From contig CATNEN010000001.1 in the NCBI GenBank assembly GCA_950097015.1, positions 9,734,001-9,798,000 on the forward strand: DNA of 64,000 nt. The letters are read 5' to 3'. Made by a program: the position numbers and the translations under genes. Of the stretch, positions 25,501-38,445 are shown piece after piece (position 1 is the first letter of the stretch; each line of letters opens with the position of its first letter). Origin of the DNA: Macrostomum hystrix. Lineage: Eukaryota; Animalia; Platyhelminthes. The notes beneath the pieces were generated by a model. The model was not told the origin of the DNA and did not search any database. It worked only from the letters and a program-made list of their open reading frames with translations.

Positions 25501-28500
25501 GCTTCCTTCTATAATGTCTTTTTACTGATTAGGAAAGAATTAAGCCTAGAGATTAAAGGGAGATTAATTTCTATGCGACTCCATGGAGGAGATGAGGGAC
25601 TCAGCAGTTAGCCCCCATGTTAGCCCCCGGGCCACAAGCTTGAGCGAATTGACCTCGGCCTTGCCGAATGAGAACTGTGAACTGGGATCCGGAAGAATGT
25701 TGCTAGGAGCCCGGGCAGTGGACACTGGACAGGCTGACAAACGGCTGGTCAAGGCGGAGGGCTGTGTGTGCGAGCTGAGCTGTGGCAATAAAATTCAATC
25801 CCTGATTAATTTTGTCTGCCGGCTTTTTGGGATGAACTTACAGCCAGCTGAAAATCTCTGCTTCTTCAGACTCCGGGGAAGTGCTTTAGATTTTTTATGT
25901 AGCGCCTACTTTCTGTCAGAACTGAAGGCCAAACTGAATACAGACTGTTACAGACTAGTTCAGAATGTTATTGCTGAGTTCCAGCTGACTACAGACTGTT
26001 ACAGACTAGTTCAGAATGTTATTGCTGAGTTCTAGCTGACTACAGACTGTTACAGACTAGTTCAGAATGTTATTGCTGAGTTCTAGCTGACTACAGACTG
26101 TTACAGACTAGTTCAGAATGTCATAACTGAGTTCTAGCTGACTACAGACTGTTACAGACAAGTTCAGAATGTTATTGCTGAGTTCTAGCTGACTACAGAC
26201 TGTTACAGACTAGTTCAGAATGTTATAACTGAGTTCTAGCTGACTACAGACTGTTACAGACAAGTTCAGAATGTCATAACTGAGTTCTAGCTGACTACAG
26301 ACAGTTACAGACAAGTTCAGAATGTCATAACTGAGTTCTAGCTGACTACAGACAGTTACAGACTAGTTCAGAATGTTATTGCTGAGTTCTAGCTGACTAC
26401 AGAATGTTACAGACTAGTTCAGAATGTTATTGCTGAGTTCTAGCTGACTACAGACTGTTACAGACTAGTTCATAAACCATTAAACACTGCGAATAGCTTG
26501 TCGGCGCGAGTTTTGTCAACTAAAAGGAAGAAAATTTCCCATGAACAAGAAGTCCCCAGTTTTTTTTGTTCACGCAAACTTGAGTAGGAGAAGAGAAGCA
26601 AATAATACTTTTTTTACATTCCAAGAACAAAAAAGTTCTAGCGGAGGAATTCGCGCCAACATCTGTGAGTGTTTGGCGTGCATATTTTAGGACACTGAAT
26701 GCAACTAAGCTTCGTTGGGAGGCAAATTTAGAAGAAGAAAAAAAAAAGAAGACAGATGCAGACTCACGCAATGCACACATGCCCGCGCCATTAGAACAAC
26801 CCAGCGCTAATTTCTGCGGCATTATTAACAGGCTAACTTATCTGATTACAAAGTTAAGTTTGCTTCCATCGGAATTGAGTCTGAGGAGAGTATCATGAGC
26901 AAACAGCACTGTGTGTGCCCAGGAAATTTTTGTTTCGCTAAAATATCGCTCTAGCCGTGCACTGCCTGATCCGCTACTTTGTTACTTGGTATGAAATGAA
27001 ATAAGGAAACTGATAAGGATCAAAGTACCTAAAGGATTAAAGGACCTGAAGGATTGATTAACCTGAAGGATTGAAGGACCTGAAGGATTGATTAACCTGA
27101 AGGATTGAAGGACCTGAAGGATTGATGGACCTGAAGGATTAAAGGACCTGAAGGATTGATGGACCTGAAGGATTAAAGGAAGTGAAGGATTTAAATGACC
27201 TAAAAGATTGATGGACCTGAAGGATTGAAGGACCTGATGGATTGAAGGATCTGAAGGATTAAAGGACCTGAAGGATTGATGGACCTGAAGGATTAAAGGA
27301 CCTGAAGGATTGATGGACCTGAAGGATTAAAGGACCTGAAGGATTGATGGACCTGAAGGATTGATGGACCTGATGGATTGAAGGATCTGAAGGATTAAAG
27401 GACCTGAAGGATTGATGGACCTGAAGGATTAAAGGACCTGAAGGATTGATGGACCTGAAGGATTAAAGGACCTGAAGGATTGATGGACCTGAAGGATTGA
27501 TGGACCTGAAGGATTGATGGACCTGAAGGATTGAAGGACCTGATGGATTGAAGGATCTGAAGGATTAAAGGACCTGAAGGATTGATGGACCTGAAGGATT
27601 AAAGGACCTGAAGGATTGATGGACCTGAAGGATTGATGGACCTGAAAGATTGATGGACCTGAAGGATTGAAGGACCTAAAGGATTAAAGGACCTGAAGGA
27701 TTGATGGACCTGAAGGATTAAAGGAAGTGAAGGATTTAAATGACCTAAAAGATTGATGGACCTGAAGGATTGAAGGACCTGAAGGATTGAAGGACCCGAT
27801 GGATTGAAGGACCTGAAGGATTGAAGGACCTGATGGATTGAAGGACCTGATGGATTGAAGAACCCGATGGATTGAAGGACCGGAAGGATTGAAGGATCTG
27901 AAGGATTGAAGGACCTGAAGGATTGAAGGACCTGATGGATTGAAGGACCTGAAGGATTGAAGGACCGGAAGGATTGAAGGACCCGATGGATTGAAGGACC
28001 TGATGGATTGAAGGACCTGATGGATTGAAGGACCGGAAGGATTGAAGGACCTGATGGATTGAAGGACCGGAAGGATTGAAGGACCTGAAGGATTGAAGGA
28101 CCTGAAGGATTGAAGGACCTGATGGATTGAAGGACCGGAAGGATTGAAGGACCTGATGGATTGAAGGACCTGATGGATTGAAGGACCCGATGGATTGAAG
28201 GACCGGAAGGATTGAAGGACCGGAAGGATTGAAGGACCCGATGGATTGAAGGACCGGAAGGATTGAAGGACCGGAAGGATTGAAGGACCCGATGGATTGA
28301 AGGACCTGATGGATTGAAGGACCTGATGGATTGAAGGACCGGAAGGATTGAAGGACCTGATGGATTGAAGGACCGGAAGGATTGAAGGACCGGAAGGATT
28401 GAAGGACCTGAAGGATTGAAGGACCTGAAGGATTGAAGGACCTGATGGATTGAAGGACCTGATGGATTGAAGGACCTGATGGATTGAAGGACCTGATGGA

Positions 28501-31500
28501 TTGAAGGACCCGATGGATTGAAGGACCGGAAGGATTGAAGGACCTGATGGATTGAAGGACCGGAAGGATTGAAGGACCTGAAGGATTGATGGACCTGAAG
28601 AATTGATGGACCTGAGGGATTGAAGAGACTGAAGTGACTGAAGGGACTGAAGGATTGATGGACCTGAAGGGACTGGAGGGACTGAAGTGACTGGAGGGAC
28701 TGAAGGGATTGATGGAACTGAAGGGACTGAAGGGACTGAAGGGACTGAAGGGACTGAAGGGACTGAAGGGACTGAAGGGACTTAAGTAAATGACTGCTGC
28801 GTTAGATTATTTTAAATGCACACGTTTCACCAAAAAAGCATGTTCCCGCGCTAAAAAAATAGATAAAATTTTATCAGCCTCTACCGCAGCACTTTATCCA
28901 TCAAGCTTTGACCTTTGTTATATTCAACAAAAGGACAACTAGCTTCATTTCACCTGTCAAACTGAATTTAGGAATAATTTGTTTCCTTGATTAGGCAAAC
29001 TTTCTTGTGCCATTTTCTTAAAGAAAGATTATGTCGGGGAAAATAGCCAAGGTTAGGATAACATACATAACATAAAGAAGTACAAATGTAAGTTCAATTT
29101 ACTAAAATCCAAGTAAAGTACGCCGTACGATGTGGAATGTACTCAACGAAGTAATTAACTTCTACTTCTTTAAGAATTGTTTCGCCGAAGCTAGCAATGT
29201 ACATGAAATAGAAGAATATGTGTTAACATCTGCCCCGACTTTCTCATTGTCAGTGCATGGCAGCGTATAACAGTCTCTTGACTCAACCTTGGGTTCTAGG
29301 CACAAAGACCCAGTTTTGTGACAAACTCTATGCTATGCAGTCGTTTCCAAAAAAAGTTTTTTTTCTGACGCATTAAATCATTTTTTTCTCCTAAAAAAGA
29401 GATCTCCGGTCGATGAGAAAATTCTGGGGTGCAGTTGTACTCTATACCTACTCGTGTCAGCTGTGCCCATATTATTGCTCCCGTGAATGATATTCTATTG
29501 CCTCCACAGCCCATGGACTGAATTACTGTACACAGCTTTTGAAGGAGTATGCGCCAAACTGGCGGCAGTCAATGTATTTTTTGGTTTCGCTTACGATTGG
29601 ACAAGGCGACGCGTGTTTTTCAAATACCAAAATTTTTTCAGTAATTTACTAAATATTCAACTAATGGCCATGAAAATCCAGAACATCGGGCTGAAATTTT
29701 CCGTACAATCCGATGCAACAACTTCCAGAATCCCAAACATCGGCATCGTCGAGATATTCAACAATATCTACGGCTGCTGCCACTACGGCTGCTGCCACTA
29801 CGGCTGCTGCCACTACGGCTCCTGCCACTACGGCTGCTGCCACTACGGCTGCTGCCACTACGGCAGCTGCCACTACGGCTGCTGCCACTACGGCTGCTGC
29901 CACTACGGCTGCTGCCACTACGGCTGCTGCCACTACGGCAGCTGCCACTACGGCTGCTGCCACTACGGCTGCTGCCACTACGGCTGCTGCCACTACGGCT
30001 GCTGCCACTACGGCTGCTGCCACTACGGTTGCTGCCACTACGGTTGCTGCCACTACGGTTGCTGCCACTACGGTTGCTGCCACTACGGCTGCTGCCACTA
30101 CGGCTGCTGCCACTACGGCTGCTGCCACTACGGCTCCTGCCACTACGGCTGCTGCCACTACCGTTGCTGCCACTACGGCTGCTGCCACTACGGCTGCTGC
30201 CACTACGGCTGCTGCCACTACGGCTCCTGCCACTACGGCTGCTGCCACTACGGCTCCTGCCACTATGGCTGCTGCCACTACGGCTGCTGCCACTACGGCT
30301 CCTGCCACTACGGCTGCTGCCACTACGGTTGCTGCCACTACGGCTCCTGCCACTACGGCTGCTGCCACTACGGCTCCTGCCACTACGGCTGCTGCCACTA
30401 CGGCTGCTGCCACTACGGCAGCTGCCACTACGGCTGCTGCCACTACGGCTGCTGCCACTACGGCTGCTGGCACGACGTTGCTTAATAGGGGAACGATAAC
30501 GTTTATAGCTTCCACACCTGAGCCTACAACAGCGACTAGTAATGAATCGTACATTATAAGTTTGGGTATGTTTTTCACATAAAATTTTACGATTTAGTCC
30601 TAATCTCGAGCGTAGATTTTCACTTGAGATAGCTCGGCGTCGTGTCTGGTGGCAAAACAACCAATTTTAGCATAACTGTTGGTGGTTATACTACCAATTA
30701 TATTAGTGAGCACATATGATTGGCAATAGAGGTTGCTACAGAGAAATGTTAGCTGTCCTATCAAGTCACCAGGGTCTTCGACAAAGATCGCTGAATATGA
30801 TGTCGGTAAAAATAGAATATTCTTTCTATATTGGGATTCAATACATTTATTCAAGCAATTCAGTAAAGTATCGCGTGTCGCACGTGCAAGCTGGATTGTA
30901 CGAGCCCGTATTTTATTACTGATTTTATTGCTGTACAGTCCTCTAAGGTAAGGAACAATAAAACATTTCTTGACTAACACTGTGTGTGTGCTTAGGTCAG
31001 TAAGCACCATGCGGGAAATAATATATTCAATTTAATGAAATAGACAGCAGCACTACGACAGCAAACTTTAGACGGTAGATTGGGATAGGGAGACGGTAGA
31101 TTGGGATAGGGAGATGGTAGATTGGGATAGGGAGACGGTAGATTGGGATAGGGAGATGGTAGATTGGGATTGGGAGATGGTAGATTGGGATAGGGAGATG
31201 GTAGATTGGGATAGGGAGACGGTAGATTGGGATTGGGAGATGGTAGATTGGGATTGGGAGACGGTAGATTAGGATTGGGAGATGGTAGATTGGGATTGGG
31301 AGATGGTAGATTGGGATAGGGAGATGGTAGATTGGGATAGGGAGATGGTAGATTGGGATAGGGAGATGGTAGATTGGGATATGGAGATGGTAGATTGGGA
31401 TAGGGAGATGGTAGATTGGGATAGGGAGATGGTAGATTGGGATAGGGAGATGGTAGATTGGGATAGGGAGATGGTAGATTGGGATAGGGAGACGGTAGAT

Positions 31501-34500
31501 TGGGATTGGGAGACGGTAGATTGGGATTGGAAGATGGTAGATTGGGATTGGGAGATGGTAGATTGGGATAGGGAGATGGTAGATTGGGATAGGGAGATGG
31601 TAGATTGGGATTGGGAGATGTTAGATTGGGATAGGGAGATGGTAGATTGGGATAGGGAGATGGTAGATTGGGATAGGGAGATGGTAGATTGGGATAGGGA
31701 GATGGTAGATTGGGATATGGAGATGGTAGATTGGGATAGGGAGATGGTAGATTGGGATAGGGAGATGGTAGATTGGGATAGGGAGATGGTAGATTGGGAT
31801 AGGGAGATGGTAGATTGGGATATGGAGATGGTAGATTGGGATAGGGAGATGGTAGATTGGGATAGGGAGATGGTAGATTGGGATAGGGAGATGGTAGATT
31901 GGGATAGGGAGATGGTAGATTGGGATAGGGAGATGGTAGATTGGGATTGGGAGATGGTAGATTGGGATAGGGAGATGGTAGATTGGGATAGGGAGATGGT
32001 AGATTGGGATAGGGAGATGGTAGATTGGGATAGGGAGATGGTAGATTGGGATAGGGAGTTGGTAGATTGGGATTGGGAGATGGTAGATTGGGATTGGGAG
32101 ATGGTAGATTGGGATAGGGAGTTGGTAGATTGGGATTGGGAGATGGTAGATTGGGATTGGGAGACGGTAGATTAGGATTGGGAGATGGTAGATTGGGATA
32201 GGGAGATGGTAGATTGGGATAGGGAGATGGTAGATTGGGATAGGGAGATGGTAGATTGGGATAGGGAGACGGTAGATTGGGATTGGGAGACGGTAGATTG
32301 GGATTGGAAGATGGTAGATTGGGATAGGGAGATGGTAGATTGGGATAGGGAGATGGTAGACTGGGATTGGAAGATAGGATAAGGACAGGCAGATGGTTGA
32401 AGAGAGTGTGACCGGCAGAGTGCCCAAGGGATGAGGTTTGATGTTCAGAATGGCACACATTTAGCAGTTCATAGTTTACTGCAAGTCTAGTTTTCTGTTT
32501 TATCAAATTTTCATTCTGCGCAGATATCTACTACGTATAAGCAATTGTGTCTATGGCTAAAACAATAGTACAAGCCCAAGTTAACAGACACGTGTTTCAG
32601 CCTGATGCGGAATATCGGCAAAGTTTTGCGTTGCGAAAGGTGAAAATACATCCGAAGTTAATTTTGTCTCAACTTTTTTTTGATGATTCTGCTTTCCTGA
32701 ACTGAATCTTAACTTAAAAACGGCGCGACAGAAAAGTGCAAATTTCCTAGATGTTAGTTAGGACTGACATTTGAACTGATCTAATTCAAACAAGTTCAAC
32801 ATTGTTGTGCAAATTTACCAAAAGATGAAGGATAAAAAATATTAGAGAGATTGGAGAGAGATAGGAGAGATGAGAGAGATGGAAGAGATGGGAGAAAGAT
32901 GGGAGAGATGGGAGAGATGGGAGAAAGATGGGAGAGATGGGAGAGATGGGAGAGATAGGAGAGATGGGAGAGATGGGAGAGATGGGAGAGATGGGAGAGA
33001 TGAGAGAGATGGGAGAGATGGGAGAGATGAGAGAGATGGAAGAAATGGGAGAAAGATGGGAGAGAGATGGAAGAGATGGGAGAGATGGGAGAGATGGGAG
33101 AGATGGGAGAAAGATGGGAGAGAGATGGGAGAGATGGGAGAGATGGGAGAGATGGGAGAGATGGGAGAAAGATGGGAGAGAGATGGGAGAGATAGGAGAG
33201 ATGGGAGAGATGAGAGAGATCGAAGAAATGGGAGAAAGATGGGAGAGAGATGGGAGAGATGGGAGAGATGGGAGAGATGAGAGAGATGGAAGAGATGGGA
33301 GAGATGGGAGAGATGGGAGAAAGATGGGAGAGAGATGGGAGAGATAGGAGAGATGGGAGAGATAAGAGAGATGAGAAAAAACGGGACAGATGGGAGAGAT
33401 GGAAGAGATGGGAGAGATAGGAGAGATGGGAGAGATGGGAGAGATGGGAGAGATGGGACAGATAGGAGAGATAAGAGAGATAGGAGAGATGGGAGAGATG
33501 GGAGAGATAGTAGAGATGGGAGAGATAAGACAGATAGGAGAGATAAGAGAGATAAGAGAGATGAGAAATGCGGGACAGATGGGAGAGATTGAAGAGATGG
33601 GAGAGATAGGAGAGATGGGAGAGATGAGAGAGATGGGAGACATAAGAGAGATGGGAGAGATAAGAGAGATAAGAGAAATGGGACAGATGGGACAGATGGG
33701 AGAGATGGGACAGATGGGAGAGATGGGACAGATGGGAGAGATGGGACAGATGGGAGAGATGCAAGAAATTATAGAGATGGGAAGATTGGAGAGGGGTGAA
33801 GATGAGATATACCAAGACAGCTATGATAGCTAGTGATAAGATGACGAGATGTGAGACGCACACACTCACATGGCAACTGATTCAGTAAAAACACAACAGT
33901 TAAGTTGAGAGGCTAAATGGAATTAGATCGAGCTACAATAGTGACAGACAGTCGGGCAAAGGAAGTAGGTGGGGAGAATTAGAAAGCGTAAGAAAAACAG
34001 GAAACTGTGAATCAAGAATGATTGATTCGGGGATATCATAGAAGCGACAATGATAAATAAAGTTGAGCTCCACATCTTGAGAATAGTTGGACAGCGCAAG
34101 AGAGCAGTCTTCTGTGTGGGATGTGGATATTGCCGCAAACTCGATTTGCCGAGTTATGCCCTCCCGCCAAAAGCGTGGAAAATAGCCAGGAGCAACTCCT
34201 CAAGTCAATAATGAATGAATGAATGAGTTGTGCAGCGGAATTTAGTGGACTAAATTGGTTGGGCTGTTTTAATCCCAGTCTTGTTATCCCAAGGAATCTG
34301 TCCAACCCCTTTTGGCCTGAGGTCTATCTCACCAATGTGATTGATTCTGGTGCAAATTGAGTCTAGTCAACTTTCTTGACTGCTACCTGAGCAAACAGAA
34401 GCAGAATCGCAGCAGCTTAGCAGATGTCTGGAAAACTGCGCGCTTGTTTAAATTAGTGCTTGATTGATGACTAAAATATTAAAGCCATCGTGTTTCTAAA

Positions 34501-36113
34501 TATTTCTCTGTATATGGATGGTGATTAATTAGTGTGATCCGCTTTTGGTCACCTAACTTTCCAAAGCCAATATCGTATGAAAAAGATGCGAAAATTTTCT
34601 TCCAAACTATTTTTCAACTCTAAATTTCCAACTCTTGCTATGATTCTAGCTACGATTCTTTCAAATATTCTAGCTACGATTCTTGCTTCGATTCTTTCAA
34701 ATATTCTAGCTACGATTCTTGCTTCGATTCTTTCAAATATTCTAGCTACGATTCTAGCTTTGATTCTTTCAAATATTCTAGCTACGATTCTTGCTTCGAT
34801 TCTTTCAAATATTCTAGCTACGATTTTAGCTTCGATTCTTTCAAATACTCTAGCTACGATTCTTGCTTCGATTCTTTCAAATATTCTAGCTACGATTCTT
34901 GCTTCGATTCTTTCAAATATTCTAGCTACGATTCTAGCTTCGATTCTTTCAAATATTCTAGCTACGATTCTTGCTTCGATTCTTTCAAATATTCTAGCTA
35001 CGATTCTTGCTTCGATTCTTTCAAATATTCTAGCTACGATTCTTTCAAATATTCTAGCTACGATTCTTTCAAATATTCTAGCTACGATTCTTTCAAATAT
35101 TCTAGCTACGATTCTTTCAAATATTCTAGCTACGATTCTTTCAAATATTCTAGCTACGATTCTAGCTTCGATTCTTTTAAATATTCTAGCTACGATTGTA
35201 TCTTCGATTCTTTCAAATATTCTAGCTACGATTCTAGCTACGATTCTAGCTTCGATTCTTTCAACTATTCTAGCTACGATTCTAGCTTCGATTCTTTCAA
35301 ATATTCTAGCTACGATTCTAGCTACGATTCTAGCTTCGATTCTTTCAACTATTCTAGCTACGATTCTAGCTTCGATTCTTTAAAATATTCTAGCTACGAT
35401 TCTAGCTACGATTCTAGCTTCGATTCTTTCAAATATTCTAGCTTCGATTCTTTCAAATATTCTAGCTTCGATTCTTTTAAATATTCTAGCTACGATTGTA
35501 TCTTCGATTCTTTCACATATTCTAGCTACGATTCTAGCTTATATAATAATAATAATTGCAGGAGGGCTGCGGCAATGGTAAATCATTTGGTGACACTAGA
35601 CCCGCAGCCAGCGAGGAGGCAATTCTGCCCGTTTCGCTGACTCCTAAGCATGCAAGGCACAGGTGTGTACATCTGCCCTGAATTTCTCATCGTGTACATT
35701 TCATGTTCCTTGGAGTTCGGCCCTCAAGGGCGTAAATTGCACGAGAAGCCCCCAAGACATCTCTCCGCGGCTGCGCCCCAAATAAATCGGGCGCATTTAG
35801 ATAACAGCCAACAGTTTCTTACCTGCAAGTTCTTCTCCAGAATGATTGCGGCAACAACGAACACGTTGCCAACAATGGCACACAGAATGATGACAGCCAA
35901 GATCACGCTGGTCGCCACAATGTGTGTGATGCCATACCGGGCTTCAAACAGCACTGGACCAATTTGGAAGTCACCGCTTGCGTTGCCTGAGAACCCTGGT
36001 CTGGCCATAGACATATTGAGAGCGGTGGCATTGTAAGACTGACCGCCAGTTGTCTGGTTTGGGCCATAGACTATGAGCCTGTCCAGCATAGTGGTTCTAT
36101 GCTCAGTATTCAT
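12855..36113 (-). CDS. Serotonin receptor, 5-HT1-like class A GPCR, 3 coding exons, ~454 aa
   Basis: Exons complement(35823..36113, 19547..19655, 12855..13819), GT-AG and in frame (1365 nt). TM1 GNVFVVAAIILEKNLQSVSNYLILSLAVADLMVA; TM3 [24 protein letters not shown] (aminergic Asp3.32); TM5 YTIFSTIGAFYLP; TM6 RERKAARTLAII..CWIPFF; TM7 [25 protein letters not shown]; polyQ-rich ICL3. Confidence 0.92.
13870..14255. repeat. Degenerate ~20-bp repeat with GGGGATAATT core
   Basis: More than ten eroded copies of (A/G)GGGATAATT near the exon-3 acceptor of the GPCR. Confidence 0.55.
14932..17003. repeat. 20-bp minisatellite AGATCCTGAAGTTTTCTCT/A with higher-order structure
   Basis: Directly visible, ~2.1 kb, in GPCR intron 2. 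Confidence 0.95.
17760..18545. repeat. 16-bp minisatellite TTTGAGTCAGGTCAGG
   Basis: Directly visible, in GPCR intron 2. Confidence 0.92.
19146..19514 (+). mobile_element. tRNA-derived SINE (family A) with long (TTA)n tail
   Basis: Head, body and (ATT)n tail ending ~30 bp from the GPCR exon-2 donor. Confidence 0.88.
20275..22890. repeat. Pyrimidine-rich compound array, 18-bp CTCCGTCTCTCTCTCCCT plus (CTCCGT)n
   Basis: Directly visible, ~2.6 kb; source of the 600-900 aa spurious ORFs. Confidence 0.95.
23965..25298. repeat. 16-bp minisatellite GAACTGAAGGAGAGGG
   Basis: Directly visible. Confidence 0.95.
25940..26472. repeat. 51-bp minisatellite ACAGACTGTTACAGACTAGTTCAGAATGTTATTGCTGAGTTCTAGCTGACT, ~10 copies
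   Basis: Directly visible. Confidence 0.92.
27030..28780. repeat. 17-bp minisatellite CTGAAGGATTGAAGGAC
   Basis: Directly visible; grades into a (GAAGGGACT)n end. Confidence 0.95.
29768..30632 (+). pseudogene. Partial duplicate of exon 1 and intron-1 start of the iGluR-like gene, with 15-bp (TTAAA-coding) repeat
   Basis: 30462-30598 differs from 39511-39647 at only 2 positions (GTTLLNRGT.TFIASTPEPTT.TSNESYIISL plus donor GTATGT). Similarity ends ~30632; no signal peptide and no exon 2. Confidence 0.8.
31070..32375. repeat. 21-bp minisatellite GAGATGGTAGATTGGGATAGG
   Basis: Directly visible. Confidence 0.95.
32840..33790. repeat. 9-bp purine-rich repeat GATGGGAGA
   Basis: Directly visible. 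Confidence 0.93.
34635..35540. repeat. 12-bp-based array (GATTCTAGCTAC / GATTCTTTCAAA) forming 24- and 36-bp units
   Basis: Directly visible. Confidence 0.93.
35545..35788 (-). mobile_element. SINE family A, 5'-truncated
   Basis: Body and tail match; no tRNA head; ~35 bp from the GPCR exon-1 donor. Confidence 0.8.
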
Positions 36114-37741
36114 GCTTTTTCAAACTTGAATTCAACTAATCAAAGTGTGCTCATTCTCCAGGCTGAATCGAATATTAAGTTAAGCTTATCTGCCTTCAAT
36201 CGGTCCTATTTCTGATATACCAAGCCTTTTTGAATGACTTTCTTACTCTAGCGTGATCAGCCAATGAAATTGAAGCTTGGTCAGCTTGGTCAGAAGCAGA
36301 CGGTTCTGATTGGCTGAGAACCACATATCCCTTTTGACCCATCGCTATATGCTACAGTAGAGTTTTTTCTATTAAGCATATCGGTTTTCAGAGATTGCTG
36401 GACATCCTTTGTATTTTCTAGTCTCTTTGTTTCATTGTTGTCAAGTCTTGGTTTTCGAAAAGCCTAATAATAGCTTGTATTATTATTTATCAGGGGGCTA
36501 CTGACGCATTTTCAATCGACAAGCAGCAACCGAGGAGGCAATTTTGACCGGATTTGCAGCCAACTGCACAGACGCAGCTATGTCGAGGCCCATTCAACGG
36601 GCTGTGTACAGCTTTTCAGTCCATGGACTGGCGCGGGGCGGGGGCGCCCGACCCACCAAACCCGAGCAAAAGCGGTAACTGATTTGACAGCTGGGTGAAC
36701 TGATGTAATGGGGAATTAAGACACGAAATCGTTCTTCTTCGAATGAGTTTCCCACTGCATACCTCTGAAGTACTTGAAAATCGTGCTCTAAAATAAAGTG
36801 ACAATATACTATTCGTCGACCATAAATAGCCATAAATTGTTTTGTCGAAGCTGCACACCTCTTCTATTGACACTTTATGGCCGACCGGTCATAAATAACT
36901 GTCATTCAGTTCTGCAGCAAGAAAAAATAAAACGTCAAAAGCTAAAAAAACTTTTTTGCGTAGGTGGACCACATCACCGCTGATCATCACCGTCTCCCGC
37001 CTCATAGCACTTGCCACACAAGTGACTTTTTTCCCGTTTGAATATAGAGAAATTAAATAGAATAGAAACTATTAGCTCCTGAAGGCTGCTCTTAAGTTTT
37101 CCGAATTTCTCTATCTGCCCCTCTCTATCCCACAGCTGCCACCAAACCCCCCATCCCAACCCTAAAGCTGCGCCGACATCAGATCAAAGGGCTGCCTTGC
37201 TAATCCGCCGTTTGACGTCGGCAGTGGAGGGCTGAGTCAGGGTGTGGGGGTGGCGGTCAGCTGGCGACACCGCACTCAGATGGCCTATTAATTAGTATAT
37301 CTGTATCTTTGCGGGGAGTGAGGCGGGCCAGATACGGAGACCAGAGTGTACTCAAAAATGCGTTCAGCGGAACAACCCCATATAGAGATTTCAGGGCTGC
37401 ATCGCAATCAAATCCTTCACTCACATGCTACTTTAACGACCAGTTTTTTTTATCAGACTATAATATAGTAATAAAACGGGATTCATATAAAAATAATTTC
37501 AGGTTCACCTGACAGCACTTGCGACAGCTTTGCGTACTCTCAGAATAGGCCTTTGATTTGTCCGAGTTAAAGAATCAATACCTAAAACTAGCTCGTAATT
37601 ATTATTAGAGTTCAAACGCAACAGTTTCGTTTCTTTAGAAAACACTAATATTACACCTACTTTTGTCTGGTCCTAACTTTTAATCTTACAATTTATTATT
37701 ATTTACTTAAGCCACACCACAGTACTACTAAGTAGACAATA

Positions 37742-38445
37742 GAATATTATTATTATTATTATTATTATTATTGAGGTGCGCACGCCGATTGGGTGCTGAT
37801 TTTTTTGTTTATTTTATGTTTGAGGTTAAACAAATCGATTTTTTTAAAGAGAAGGCGATAGGAAAACAGTAGCATGCGTAATTTTAGGTTATTAAAATAT
37901 TTGAAAAAAAACAAATTTTTTAAATAAACAAAGGCATTAAAACAAGAAATTAAATATTGAAATTTAAAGGGAAAATTAAAACTGACCGAAAGGAGAATAG
38001 CTATTGTGTTTTCGCATTCTAACTATGGGCCTCAGGGCAGTGGCTTTTTATCTAGCTTTAAGTATGCTTTCTATGAAGTCCACAAAACTGTCTGTTAATT
38101 CTGTGCTGTCCTGTGTCATTAAATACACTATTTTGTCATCAGCTGTTAGGCTTTCGAAATTTCGAACAGTACCTGCCACTTTCTCTATGAATTTATTTCT
38201 AATTGGAACATAAACGGACCAATCGCATCTAAAGAGAATATGAGTTTCGTTCTCTACCTCGACTCTACATTTTGGGCATGTTCTGTTTTCAAAGGCGATT
38301 TTCGGTCTTACAGTGCGCAATGTCTCACAGGCCAGTTTGTGGTTTCCTAGACGAAATCGGGACATTGTGCGCCTTTTTTCTGGGTTAGAGATTATTGTCA
38401 GGTACTTTTCTCGGGAGAAATCTTTCTTAAACGTGTAATAGAAGT
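37742..38445 (-). mobile_element. 5'-truncated non-LTR retrotransposon (3' end of ORF2, 3' UTR, (AAT)n tail)
   Basis: YYTFKKDFSREKYL..SRFRLGNHKLACET..RTCPKC..VENETHILFRC is a typical C-terminal CCHC region of LINE ORF2; a (TAT)n run at 37742-37772 is the likely tail. Confidence 0.75.

Noticed and set aside
25564-26035. 150-aa ORF in GPCR intron 1
   Set aside because: No recognisable domain; runs into the 51-bp minisatellite.
29487-30485. 332-aa ORF with (GCCHY)n, superficially metallothionein-like
   Set aside because: Alternative frame of the 15-bp repeat; homology to the iGluR exon shows the ancestral frame is the Thr/Ala one, and the ORF's 5' part is an interspersed repeat.
30992-35383. 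ORFs (PSPYPNL)n, (MVDWDRE)n, (SPI)n, (ILATILSN)n
   Set aside because: Repeat units are multiples of 3 and so are open by chance; intronic, with no supporting splice structure.
29507-36630. Single 7-kb transposon bounded by the inverted 30-mers and carrying GPCR exon 1
   Set aside because: No target-site duplication, arms imperfect, and other copies of the motif occur independently.
37742-38445. This LINE as the mobilising partner of SINE family A
   Set aside because: Tails differ in sense ((AAT)n versus (ATT)n) and I see no shared 3' sequence.
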